64,000 nucleotides of DNA. Source: Candidatus Krumholzibacteriota bacterium (GTDB lineage: Bacteria > Krumholzibacteriota > Krumholzibacteriia > JAJRXK01). Below the pieces are notes generated by a model. That model had not been told where the DNA came from and did not search any database. It saw only the letters and a program-made list of their open reading frames with translations. The position numbers and the translations under genes are program-made. Below are positions 30,023 through 39,330 of this stretch, piece by piece (position 1 is the first letter of the stretch; each line of letters begins with the position of its first letter). Where the stretch lies: positions 448,001-512,000 of the forward strand of contig CAVSGG010000005.1 of the NCBI GenBank assembly GCA_963727455.1, given 5' to 3'.

Positions 30023-30759
30023 GGGATTGGTACGAACTCGCGTTCGGCGAACTGTATCTCGAGCTCTATTCGCACCGAAACGACGCAGAGGCCGAGAAGG
30101 TTCTCGGACTCGTGTTCGCCGAGGGCGAGCTGCGAGATCGCTCGGTGATCGATGTCGCCTGCGGGGCGGGCCGCTATCTCGAGGAACTGGAAAAGCGCGG
30201 GGCATGGGCGATGGGAGTGGATCTGTCGGCTCCGCTCTTGCGGGCGGCGCGGGAACGCAATTCCGCATTGCACCTCACGCGTGCGGACATGCGTGCCATA
30301 CCCCTGGCGGATTTGGCAGTGGATTGGACCCTCTCGCTCTTTACCTCCTTCGGGTATTTCGAGACCAAAGCAGAGCACGCCGCTTTGGCGCGGGAGCTCA
30401 CGCGGGTTGCCAGAGAAGGAGTGATCGTGGACGTTCCGAATCCGCGTTATCTGGAGCGGAACCTGGTGAAAGAGAGTTCGCGCGAGTTGGGTGAGCGCCG
30501 GGTGGAAGAGCACAGGCGCCTCTTGCGTGATCCGAAGCGAGTGGTCAAACGAGTACGCGTTCTCGACGCGAAGGGTGAATTGGTCACGGAGTATGAAGAG
30601 CGAGTCATGCTATTTTCCAGATCCGAGTTCCTAGAACTTTTCGAAAGCGCCGGGCTCTCGCTTCACTCCCTGCACGGCGACTACGATGGCTCTCCCTTTG
30701 AAGAAGCCACGAGTCCGCGGCAACTGGCGCGTTTTGAATCGATGGAGAAAGTTTCATGA
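30019..30759 (+). CDS. Class I SAM-dependent methyltransferase, candidate bacillithiol N-methyltransferase (NmbA-like)
   Basis: DVACGAGR, GVDLS, ADMR, LFTSFGYF; N-terminal W..F...Y..LY.HR...EA; overlaps bshC start. Confidence 0.8.
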   Translation: MRDWYELAFGELYLELYSHRNDAEAEKVLGLVFAEGELRDRSVIDVACGAGRYLEELEKRGAWAMGVDLSAPLLRAARERNSALHLTRADMRAIPLADLAVDWTLSLFTSFGYFETKAEHAALARELTRVAREGVIVDVPNPRYLERNLVKESSRELGERRVEEHRRLLRDPKRVVKRVRVLDAKGELVTEYEERVMLFSRSEFLELFESAGLSLHSLHGDYDGSPFEEATSPRQLARFESMEKVS

Positions 30760-32351
30760 GTCAGAAAAGCTCTGCGGATTCGATCCAGCGCCTGAAACTC
30801 GAAACCTCTCCCGGGCTCTCCGAGTATGCGCGGCGTTGGCAAGCGGACGAGCCCATTCCAGGACTCGCTCGGAAAGCTCTGTTTCAGGAAGAGCTGAGTG
30901 TGCGGTCGGGCAGTGCGTTTCGTGACGAGGAATTTTCGCGTGAGCTACTGAGAAGGCACCAGTCTTTGCGCGCGAGCCGGGCGTCTCTGGCGAACCTCGA
31001 GGCACTGGCGGATGGCGCGCCATGCGTCATCACCGGGCAGCAGCCCGGTCTCTTGGGCGGGCCGCTGTATTGCGCCTGGAAGATCGCTGGGGCCGTGGGC
31101 ATCGCAAACTCGCTCACCCGCAAACTCGGCCGGAAGGTGGTTCCCCTCTACTGGTGCGGTGCCGACGACTCGGACTTCGAGGAAGCGCGCGCGGCCTGGC
31201 TCTGGAAGGCGGATTCAGGCGCAGTGCGCGCCGAGTTGTCCAAGGACCTGGCTCGACCGGGCAGCATGGTGGGTTCGCTTCCGGGGACCGCGGTGGCGGC
31301 AGTGGAGCGCAACGCTCTCAGCGCGATGGGGGCGAAGTCCGGCGGAGACTTGACGCGGTGGATGGAATCCGCGGATGAGGCATGGGACCTGGGGGAACGA
31401 ACCCAGGCCCTGTACTTGCGGCTTTTCGGTCAGGACGGTCTGGTAACCATCGACGCGCGATCGAACCGATTGCGGGAGCTGGGCCGAGAGCTGATGTTGC
31501 GCTACGCGCACAGAAGCGTGGAAGTCGCCGAGCGTGCGGAGGAGAGGGGCCGAGCACTTCAGGCGGCGGGGTTTTCCGTTCCCTTGCATTCCGCGGCCAC
31601 GAACAGCGGCCTGTTCCGCCTCCGCGAGGGACTCAGAGAAAAACTCGAGCCCGAGGAACTGGTGCCGGCCTGTGAGGCCGGGGACGATCTCAGTCCCGCA
31701 GTCCTTTTGCGTCCCCTTTTGCAGGACGAGCTGCTGGCGCCTCTGGCCGCGGTGCTGGGCCCCTCCGAACTGCATTACCACGCTCAGTTGGCGCCCGCGT
31801 ACGAGTTGCTAGGAGTTGAGGGGGCGGCGCCCGCTCTGCGACCTCAACTCACATTCTTCCCGGAAAGCCTGCCCTGGCCCGAGGACGAGAAGCGGCAGAG
31901 GGCTCTGCTCGAGGGAGGGGATGGCGCACGGGAAGCTCTGGGTACTCTGACCGTGCCCCCGCAGTGGGAGGAGGCCCGCAGCGCTTTGAACGACTCGCTT
32001 GCGGCTGCGCTGCACGCCTTCGAGGAGAACTTGGGTGATGCCGCGCGCGAGTCGAAGCTTGCGCGCGCGCTGCGGAAACTGCGCGAGACGGCAGAGCGTA
32101 TCGAGGACAGCCTCGCCGCGCAATCTCTGCAACGGGCAGGCGAGGAGCACCCCTTCGTGCTTCTGACTCCCGACCTATTGGGGCTGCGCGGCACTCCCCA
32201 AGAGAGGGCCTACGCGACGGTCGTGGCGTGGGAGTGGTTCGGGCAGGACTTTTCCCGCTATCTGCAGGAGCTGGGCAGGCGCTACGTCGAAGACTTGGAG
32301 GAGGGTGTGGCGCCGTTCTATCTGGGACGGATACGCTTGGAGACGACATGA
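30756..32351 (+). CDS. bshC: Bacillithiol biosynthesis cysteine-adding enzyme
   Basis: VITGQQPGLLGGPLY, PLYW...DDSDFEE, SPAVLLRPLLQD, GPSELHY.AQL, PQER. Confidence 0.88.
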   Translation: MSQKSSADSIQRLKLETSPGLSEYARRWQADEPIPGLARKALFQEELSVRSGSAFRDEEFSRELLRRHQSLRASRASLANLEALADGAPCVITGQQPGLLGGPLYCAWKIAGAVGIANSLTRKLGRKVVPLYWCGADDSDFEEARAAWLWKADSGAVRAELSKDLARPGSMVGSLPGTAVAAVERNALSAMGAKSGGDLTRWMESADEAWDLGERTQALYLRLFGQDGLVTIDARSNRLRELGRELMLRYAHRSVEVAERAEERGRALQAAGFSVPLHSAATNSGLFRLREGLREKLEPEELVPACEAGDDLSPAVLLRPLLQDELLAPLAAVLGPSELHYHAQLAPAYELLGVEGAAPALRPQLTFFPESLPWPEDEKRQRALLEGGDGAREALGTLTVPPQWEEARSALNDSLAAALHAFEENLGDAARESKLARALRKLRETAERIEDSLAAQSLQRAGEEHPFVLLTPDLLGLRGTPQERAYATVVAWEWFGQDFSRYLQELGRRYVEDLEEGVAPFYLGRIRLETT

Positions 32352-33091
32352 ACCGTGCACGAAGAAAGAGTGAGGTCGACGCGCTGTTTCTCTCACCGCA
32401 TCCCGACGATGTGGAGTTGTTCTGTGGAGGTACGGTAGCCCGGCTGGTCGAAGCTGGGTCCGAAGTCGCCATCGTCGACCTCACCCGCGGCGAAATGTCC
32501 AGCAATGGGACGGTAGAAGAGCGACGCGAAGCAAGTTTGCGTGCGGCCGAGATCTTGGGCGTGAAAGAGGAGCGCGAGGTTCTCGGGTTTCCCGACGGGG
32601 GAGTCAAGGAACACGATGCGCAACAGCTGAAGGTTCTGGTCGAACTCTTGCGCGTGAGACGACCACAACTGCTCTTCGCGCCCTATGGTGTGGATCGGCA
32701 TCCGGACCATGTGGCCGCAGGGGCCTTGGCGCGGCGCGCCATCTTTTTCGCGGGTTTGAGCCGCTTCGCCGCGGGGGGGAAGCCTTACCGGCCGAGGCTA
32801 CTCGTCGGCTATCCCTGTCACACTCTCGTTCCCGTTTCGTTCACAGTGGACGTTGGTAGAGTCATGGAAGCGCGCCGTGCGGCCATCGCGGAATATCGCA
32901 GTCAATTTCAGGCTGGACCCGACTCCACGGCGACCTACATCAATCGGCCCGACTTCCTGACGGCCCGCGAAGCCCGTCTGCGCGAGTGGGGACTCACGAG
33001 TGGGGTGGAGTTCGCCGAGGGCTTCGTCCTGGATGAGCCACTCCTGTTGACCGATCCACACTCTCTCTTCCTGCGAGGGGATGCACGATGA
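32348..33091 (+). CDS. bshB1: Bacillithiol biosynthesis deacetylase
   Basis: PHPDDVELFCGGT, DLTRGEMSSNGT, DRHPDH, YRSQF, AEGF. Confidence 0.9.
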   Translation: MNRARRKSEVDALFLSPHPDDVELFCGGTVARLVEAGSEVAIVDLTRGEMSSNGTVEERREASLRAAEILGVKEEREVLGFPDGGVKEHDAQQLKVLVELLRVRRPQLLFAPYGVDRHPDHVAAGALARRAIFFAGLSRFAAGGKPYRPRLLVGYPCHTLVPVSFTVDVGRVMEARRAAIAEYRSQFQAGPDSTATYINRPDFLTAREARLREWGLTSGVEFAEGFVLDEPLLLTDPHSLFLRGDAR

Positions 33092-34239
33092 CCGGCAAGA
33101 AGTACCGCATCGGGATGACCTCGTTCGCCGCGCAGGGTGGCAGTGGTGTGGTGGCCAGCGAGTTGGGTTTGGCGCTCGCCGCGCGCGGACACGAAGTCCA
33201 CTTCATTGCGAACGCTCTGCCCGTGCGTCTGCGCGAATTCCTCCCCAAGGTGTTCTTTCACGAAGTACAGACGGTTCAATATCCCGCGTTTCCCCACGCT
33301 CCGTATACGCTTGCTCTGGCCACGAAGATGACCGAAGTGGCGCGTTACCACGAGCTCGAGATTCTGCATGTACATTACGCCATTCCGCACGCCGCGAGCG
33401 CCTATCTCGCTCAGAAGATGCTCGAACCCACCCAGATCAAAGTGGTGACCACGCTGCACGGGACCGACATTACCTTGGTGGGTCAGGAGCCGAGCTTTTG
33501 GCCCCTGACACAGTTCGTGATCGAACAGAGCGACATCGTCACTGCGGTGAGCAAGGACTTGGCGCGACAGACGCGTGAGATCTTTCGCACCAATCGCGAA
33601 ATTCGCGTCATCTACAACTTCGTCGACCCCGAACACTTCCGTCCCCGACCCGATTTGAAACGAAACAACCCTCTGGCTCCCGCCGGCGAAAAGGTCCTGC
33701 TTCACGCCAGCAACCTCAGACCCGTGAAAAACGTGGAAACCGTCGTTCGCGTTTTCGCCCGCGTGGTGAAGGAGGTCGATTGCCGGCTGGTCATCGTGGG
33801 GGATGGTCCCGAGCGAGGTCCCGCCGAGCGACTCGCCCGTAGATTGGAAGTGGCAGACAAAGTCACCTTCCTGGGAGCGCGCGAATCCATGGAAGAGCTG
33901 ATGGCCATGGCTGACGTGCTTCTTCTTCCGAGCGAGCACGAGTCCTTCGGACTGGTGGCATTGGAGGCGATGAGTGCACAGACGCCAGTTGTCGCCAGCA
34001 AGCGCGGCGGTTTGCCCGAGTTGGTCGAGCACGGAGAAACCGGCTTCCTGCACGAACCCGACGATATCGAGGGCCAGAGCGCATCGGTGCTGCGCCTCTT
34101 GCGTGAGCCGAATCTGGCGCAGGTGATGGGAGAAAGGGCGCGTGAGGTGGCAAAGAACCGCTTTTGTACCGAGTGTGTATTGAACTCGTATCTGGATATG
34201 TATCACGAGATTAGCGGGAGCTCTCGCGCTCCGGGTTGA
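33088..34239 (+). CDS. bshA: N-acetyl-alpha-D-glucosaminyl L-malate synthase
   Basis: GGSGVVASELG, LHVHYAIPHA, TTLHGTDITLVG, ESFGLVALEAM. Confidence 0.93.
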   Translation: MTGKKYRIGMTSFAAQGGSGVVASELGLALAARGHEVHFIANALPVRLREFLPKVFFHEVQTVQYPAFPHAPYTLALATKMTEVARYHELEILHVHYAIPHAASAYLAQKMLEPTQIKVVTTLHGTDITLVGQEPSFWPLTQFVIEQSDIVTAVSKDLARQTREIFRTNREIRVIYNFVDPEHFRPRPDLKRNNPLAPAGEKVLLHASNLRPVKNVETVVRVFARVVKEVDCRLVIVGDGPERGPAERLARRLEVADKVTFLGARESMEELMAMADVLLLPSEHESFGLVALEAMSAQTPVVASKRGGLPELVEHGETGFLHEPDDIEGQSASVLRLLREPNLAQVMGERAREVAKNRFCTECVLNSYLDMYHEISGSSRAPG

Positions 34240-34263
34240 CACAGCCAGCCGGTGTTCTAGACT
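34236..34263 (+). promoter_or_regulatory. Putative sigma70 promoter
   Basis: TTGACA-N16-TAGACT overlapping the bshA stop. Confidence 0.5.
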
Positions 34264-34292
34264 CTGTCTGTAGCACACACGAACCCGCGAGG

Positions 34293-34700
34293 ATGGTAGA
34301 GGTGAGCGAAAAGCCAACGAGCAGCCGCGACGTGATCGCCCGTCTTCAAGAGCATGCCGAGAACGGGCGATACTGTCTCGCCGCTTACGATTTCGTCTTG
34401 CGCGGACTCGATCAAACCATTCGGGCACTCCCGGAGGTACGTCACGTCAGCGGACAGGAGCTCATGGAAGGGCTTCAGGCCTTCGCCAAAGAGCAGTTCG
34501 GACCCATGGCCAAGCACGTACTGAATTCCTGGAGTATCATGCGCACCGAAGACTTCGGTCAGATCGTGTTCGAACTCGTCGATCAGGGAATCCTGCGCAA
34601 GACGGAGGAAGATCGTCTCGAGGATTTCGTGGATCGTTTTGATTTCGACGAGGTCTTCGAGCGCGACTACTACAAAGACCACAAGATCCCGAGTGCTTGA
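34293..34700 (+). CDS. Minf_1886 family protein
   Basis: AYDFV..GL, RHVSGQEL, QFGPMA..VL..W, TEDFGQIVF.LV. Confidence 0.8.
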   Translation: MVEVSEKPTSSRDVIARLQEHAENGRYCLAAYDFVLRGLDQTIRALPEVRHVSGQELMEGLQAFAKEQFGPMAKHVLNSWSIMRTEDFGQIVFELVDQGILRKTEEDRLEDFVDRFDFDEVFERDYYKDHKIPSA

Positions 34701-35287
34701 TGGACGAAGTTTCGCGTTCCGCTCTCATTCTCGGGGGCGGGCGTTCACGCCGCATGGGCCGCGACAAGCGGCTCATTTCTCTACAAGAAACTCAGACGGT
34801 CCTTGCCTTGGAAGTGGCAGCGCTGCAATCCTTGCATTTGCCCATCTGGTTCGCAGGCGCGGCGCACGACGCCGCGCGGCCGCAGCTCGACGGGGTTGCG
34901 ATACTCTGGGACCTAGAATCTCTCGCCGGTCCCCTCATCGCCCTTCTCGACGCATGGCGAGTGGTGTCCGGTGAACTCCTGCTACTGAGCGCCGACTTGC
35001 CGCAGCTGCGCACCGAGTTCCTTCAGAAGATCTTGGGAGAAGCGGCTGCGCATCCGCAGGCCAAAGCCGTCATTCCCAGCGATGGCGAACACTGGCAGCC
35101 ACTATGCGCGTACTATCGAAGCGGGGCACTCCTCCAACTCCAGGAGCTGAGAAGGGCCGGGGAGCGCTCGCTGCTCGCTGCCCTGCAGGGGATGAAGACT
35201 CACGAACTCCACATCTTCGAGGCGCCCGACGAAGCGAGTTTGTGCAACTGGAATCGCCCATCGGATCGAGAGGAACCGCATCCGTGA
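34700..35287 (+). CDS. mobA: Molybdenum cofactor guanylyltransferase
   Basis: ILGGGRSRRMGRDK, GPL, SADLP, QPLCAYY, NWNRPSD. Confidence 0.82.
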   Translation: MDEVSRSALILGGGRSRRMGRDKRLISLQETQTVLALEVAALQSLHLPIWFAGAAHDAARPQLDGVAILWDLESLAGPLIALLDAWRVVSGELLLLSADLPQLRTEFLQKILGEAAAHPQAKAVIPSDGEHWQPLCAYYRSGALLQLQELRRAGERSLLAALQGMKTHELHIFEAPDEASLCNWNRPSDREEPHP

Positions 35288-35315
35288 ATTCCGACGAGAC
35301 CAAGAGGGGACCAAA

Positions 35316-35828
35316 ATGAAGAAGAAACCTCAGGCCAAGAAAATGTCGCACCTCGATGCCAGTGGGCGGCCGCGCATGGTCGACGTGGGGGATAAGCCGG
35401 CGACTGACCGCAGCGCACTTGCAAAAGGGCGGATTCAGCTCTCCACGCCCGCGTGGAAGGCGCTGCAGAGCCCGACGGGAACTGGAAAGGGAGATCCGCT
35501 GCAGGTGGCGCAGGTAGCGGCAATCCAGGCCGCAAAGCGGACAGGAGAGTTCATTCCCCTCGCGCATCCCTTGCCGCTGCGTGCGGTCGAACTGAGCTGG
35601 AAGAAGAGAACGCGTGCCCGCGTGCTGGAGGTCCTGGTGAAAGTGCGCGCCTTTGGGCCCACTGGAGTGGAGATGGAGGCGCTCACGGCGGTCAGTGCGG
35701 CTCTCTTGACGGTCTACGACATGCTCAAGGCAGTGGACCGGGGTATGGTCGTCGGACCAATCTGGCTGTCCCGGAAGGAAGGCGGCCAGAGCGGCCTCTG
35801 TCACTTCGACGATCCGCCGCTCCCTTGA
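35316..35828 (+). CDS. moaC: Cyclic pyranopterin monophosphate synthase
   Basis: HLD...MVDVGDK, KGD, IPLAHPL, TGVEMEALT, YDMLKAVD, KEGGQSG. Confidence 0.95.
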   Translation: MKKKPQAKKMSHLDASGRPRMVDVGDKPATDRSALAKGRIQLSTPAWKALQSPTGTGKGDPLQVAQVAAIQAAKRTGEFIPLAHPLPLRAVELSWKKRTRARVLEVLVKVRAFGPTGVEMEALTAVSAALLTVYDMLKAVDRGMVVGPIWLSRKEGGQSGLCHFDDPPLP

Positions 35829-36019
35829 TTCTGCTTGACCGCCGGCCGTAAGTGCATCTATACAACCAGAACACCCCTGGGAACCCATTCGTTCGGGAAA
35901 CGTACACGGTGGGGGTCGGTAGTCCCGCCAACCGACCTCGATGTGGGTAGGCGATGCCGACCCTCCTTCAAGCACAAAGTGAACGGGCTCGGTAGAGCGA
36001 AGAGCCCGAAGGAGCGACG

Positions 36020-36766
36020 ATGCTTCACACTCTGGCCCTCGCGACCATTTTTGGCGACTTCGGTGACATCATCGCGACCTCGTCCCCCTTCGCGAAGTTC
36101 ATCATTCTCGTTCTTTTCATTCTCTCCGTCGTGTCCTGGGCCGTGATCGGGGACCGCTATCGCCGCCTAAGGCGCGCAGAGCGCGAAGACAGCCAATTTT
36201 GGCAACGTTTCGACCGCCTGGAGAACTACGAGCAGATGGAAGGGCTCAGCCAGTGGTGCGAGAAGAGCCAGAATTCGAGTCTGGGGAGGATTTTCCGCTT
36301 CTTCCACCGGGAATTTTGGCCGCGCTATCTGAGCCATCGAGGACAGGGCAGCGAGGATACCCTACGAGGGCTGCTGCGCCGCGGCGCGGACCGAGTTGCC
36401 TCCCAACAGATCGAGGAGCTGGAGCGAGGCGTAACCTGGTTGGCCACGCTCAGCTCCATCGCCCCGTTTCTCGGTCTCTTGGGGACGGTCTGGGGCATCA
36501 TGGGTTCGTTTCTACAGATCGGGCGGCAAGGAACTGCCACCCTCGACGCAGTGGGGCCAGGAATTGCCGAGGCGCTGGTCACCACCGTGTGCGGGCTCTT
36601 CGTCGCCATTCCCGCCGTCATCGGATACAACTGGCTCCTGCGCCGGATTCGCGGACAGGAGAGCGATATGGTGCGTCTGATCAGCATGCTCGAGGACCAG
36701 GTCGCGGCCGAGACCCTCACCATGAGTGAGGAGGAGGTCCGAGTGAACGCTGGAGGATTCCACTGA
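36020..36766 (+). CDS. tolQ: Tol-Pal system protein TolQ (MotA/ExbB family)
   Basis: SVVSWAVI, APFLGLLGTVWGIM, PGIAEALVTT, AIPAVIGYN. Confidence 0.88.
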   Translation: MLHTLALATIFGDFGDIIATSSPFAKFIILVLFILSVVSWAVIGDRYRRLRRAEREDSQFWQRFDRLENYEQMEGLSQWCEKSQNSSLGRIFRFFHREFWPRYLSHRGQGSEDTLRGLLRRGADRVASQQIEELERGVTWLATLSSIAPFLGLLGTVWGIMGSFLQIGRQGTATLDAVGPGIAEALVTTVCGLFVAIPAVIGYNWLLRRIRGQESDMVRLISMLEDQVAAETLTMSEEEVRVNAGGFH

Positions 36767-37188
36767 TGCGTAGCGGCGACGCACTTCGTGGAAGAAAGCA
36801 CTACTCCCAGCTCGCGGAGATCAACGTGACGTCCCTGGTCGATGTCACTCTCGTGTTGCTCATCGTTTTCATGCTTACCGCCCCGTTCATTCAAGGCGGT
36901 GTCGAGGTCGACTTGCCCTCCACGCACTCGGTGCAGGAAGTGGCGCAGGAGGGCATCGTCATTTCTCTGGACAAGTCGCGGCGGGTGTACATCGACGATG
37001 ACCCGATACCAATGAGCCAATTGGCGGAAGTTCTTCATGCCAGTCATCCAGAAGGAGATTCCCGTCCGGTCTATCTCCGCAGCGATCAGGCCGTGCCGTA
37101 CGGCTTCGTGATTCGCGTCATGGGAGAGATCAAGGCGGCGGGAGTCGAAACGCTCAGCCTAGTGGTCGAGCCCGAGCCCGAGAGCTGA
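36766..37188 (+). CDS. tolR: Tol-Pal system protein TolR (ExbD family)
   Basis: EINVTSLVDVTLVLLIVFM, VDLP, PYG.V..VM. Confidence 0.88.
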   Translation: MRSGDALRGRKHYSQLAEINVTSLVDVTLVLLIVFMLTAPFIQGGVEVDLPSTHSVQEVAQEGIVISLDKSRRVYIDDDPIPMSQLAEVLHASHPEGDSRPVYLRSDQAVPYGFVIRVMGEIKAAGVETLSLVVEPEPES

Positions 37189-37203
37189 GCGGCGCAAGAC
37201 CTC

Positions 37204-37962
37204 ATGCGAAATACCCTCTTGGTATCGTTTTGCGCGCATCTCCTTGCCACACTCCTCTTCGGAGTGGTGAGCATCGCGTTGCGCCGGCCCCTGCAGCCGG
37301 CGGAGTACATCAGCGTGAACCTGGCCTCGATCCCTCCAGCTCAGGCTCAGAAGAAGCCTACCGAAGCGGTGCAGGAGAAGGTAGTGCCTCCCGAGCCCCA
37401 GGAAGTGAAGACGGCCCAACCCGAGCCCGAGATGGACCTGAGCCAAGAGAAGCCGAGCGAGCCCGCCGAACAGATCGTGCCACCAAAACCGGAACTGCCT
37501 CCGCCCACGAAGAAGGAAAAGCCGAAGGAGAAGGTGCAGGAGAAGTTCCCCGAACCGGTACAGCCCTCCAGAGCCAAGGAAGAACCGCAGAAGGAGAGCA
37601 AGGAAGCCCCCGCGGAGGAAACTCCCGCGACTCAAGCGCAGGCGGGTCCCGCGGTACAGGTCGAGAAGCATGAGGGGGTTCCGGACTACTATCTCGCCTT
37701 GCTCCAGCGCAAGATCGATCGCCGCTGGGAGCCTTCCGCTGCCAGGACGCGGGGAGGCCCCGCGGTCGCCTGTCTGATTCGTTTTCGCATTTCGCCGGCG
37801 GGAGTCATCGAAAATCCACGCGTGGTGGAGAGCAGCGGTTTCTCCGTATTCGACCGTGAGGCGCTGCGCGCCGTCCTCTCCGCCTCGCCTCTGCCGCCAC
37901 CCCCTGCGGGTTCGCGCGCCCTGGAGGTTCCCATCAGCGTTCGTTTCCACCTGGAACAGTAG
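37204..37962 (+). CDS. tolA: TolA/TonB-like energy transducer
   Basis: N-terminal TM with SxxxH, Pro/Glu/Lys-rich linker, C-terminal SSG..FDREALRAV domain; between tolR and tolB. Confidence 0.75.
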   Translation: MRNTLLVSFCAHLLATLLFGVVSIALRRPLQPAEYISVNLASIPPAQAQKKPTEAVQEKVVPPEPQEVKTAQPEPEMDLSQEKPSEPAEQIVPPKPELPPPTKKEKPKEKVQEKFPEPVQPSRAKEEPQKESKEAPAEETPATQAQAGPAVQVEKHEGVPDYYLALLQRKIDRRWEPSAARTRGGPAVACLIRFRISPAGVIENPRVVESSGFSVFDREALRAVLSASPLPPPPAGSRALEVPISVRFHLEQ

Positions 37963-37970
37963 GAGTCGTC

Positions 37971-39305
37971 GTGCGCGGATTCGTGCCCAAAATCCTGATC
38001 ACCTTGCTCGTCCTTTTCTCGCTCGGGGGCAACTGTCTCGCGCAGGACGATCAAGGAGTGCTCATCGACCTGCATCGTCAGGGGGCGCGCCGTGTGCGCT
38101 TGCGCATGATGCCGCTGTCCATCGAGAGCGCGCAGGCCAGCGTTCCGCCCGCGGCGACTGCCTTGGCCAATCGTCTCGTACGCGATTTCGTGTACAGCGG
38201 TGTTTTGGATCTGATGGATCCTCTGCCGGAGGGAGTCAGGCGGCCACCCTCCAGCGCTCGGGCCACACCCAAGGATGAGACGCAACCGGATGCCGTGGTT
38301 GCCCTCGGTCTGAGCGGCGAGGACCCGGCTTCGATGATCTTGACCGCCCGACTGCTCGCGCCCGGAGCGCAAACCCTCATCGTGGGGAAGCGCTACGTGG
38401 TGGATCTGAAGGACCCCGGGGCCGCAGTGCATCATTTCTGCGACGTCGTGGTGAACCAGCTCACCGGCGAGGCAGGAATTGCGCGCACCCGAATTCTCTT
38501 CAGCCGCGGCAATCGGGACCGGCGCGAAATCTATCTGGTGGATTACGATGGCGAGAATCTGAAGCAGATCACGCGCAACGGGAGCATCAATCTGGCGCCC
38601 CGCTGGTCGCCGGACGATGACCGTGCCTGCTACACCTCGTACTTTCAAGGTCAGCAGAGGCTCTTGATCTTGGACGGAAAGACGGGGCGAAGCGAGCGCG
38701 TAAGCGACTATCCCGGTTTGAACGTGGGTGCGAGCTGGGATCCGCTAGGCAAGGGCCTGGTGGTCACCCTCAGCCGGGACGGCAACGCGGAGATCTATAG
38801 GATTGACGGGAAGGGAGGCGTCGTGCAGCGTCTCACTCACAGCCCCTCGATCGAATGCTCGCCGGATTTCGATCCCACCGGTCAGCAAGTGGTCTTCACG
38901 AGCGATCGCACCGGGGTGCCGCAGATCTATGTCATGGATCGCGAAGGAGCTAACCGGCGCCGCTTGAGCTATGAAGGGAACTACAACGACAGCGCAGATT
39001 GGTCGCCGCGGGGAGACCGTATTGCCTACGTACGTCGCATCGACGGACGCTTTCAGGTGTTCACGATCGAACCCGATGGAAGCAATCTGCAACAGATCAC
39101 GTTCAGCCAAGATGGCAACAACGAGGACCCGTCCTGGGCCCCCGATGGTCGCCATCTCGTGGTAAGTAGCGACCGTTCGGGTCAAACCAATCTCTGGGTC
39201 CTCGACGTCGAAGGCGGGACTGCCCGCCGACTGAGCAGTGGAGCAGAGGATGACACCTGTCCCGACTGGAGCGGAGTGGAGAAACCCAACGCTCCATCGG
39301 ACTAA
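37971..39305 (+). CDS. tolB: Tol-Pal beta-propeller protein TolB
   Basis: Signal peptide, LTGEAG...TRI, repeated PD40 (P.WSPD) motifs. Confidence 0.9.
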   Translation: MRGFVPKILITLLVLFSLGGNCLAQDDQGVLIDLHRQGARRVRLRMMPLSIESAQASVPPAATALANRLVRDFVYSGVLDLMDPLPEGVRRPPSSARATPKDETQPDAVVALGLSGEDPASMILTARLLAPGAQTLIVGKRYVVDLKDPGAAVHHFCDVVVNQLTGEAGIARTRILFSRGNRDRREIYLVDYDGENLKQITRNGSINLAPRWSPDDDRACYTSYFQGQQRLLILDGKTGRSERVSDYPGLNVGASWDPLGKGLVVTLSRDGNAEIYRIDGKGGVVQRLTHSPSIECSPDFDPTGQQVVFTSDRTGVPQIYVMDREGANRRRLSYEGNYNDSADWSPRGDRIAYVRRIDGRFQVFTIEPDGSNLQQITFSQDGNNEDPSWAPDGRHLVVSSDRSGQTNLWVLDVEGGTARRLSSGAEDDTCPDWSGVEKPNAPSD

Positions 39306-39330
39306 TCCGATTCATGAGGAGGAAACGCGT

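Noticed and set aside
37320-37660. Repetitive Pro/Glu/Lys-rich DNA
   Set aside because: Normal low-complexity TolA/TonB linker; not a tandem repeat array or CRISPR
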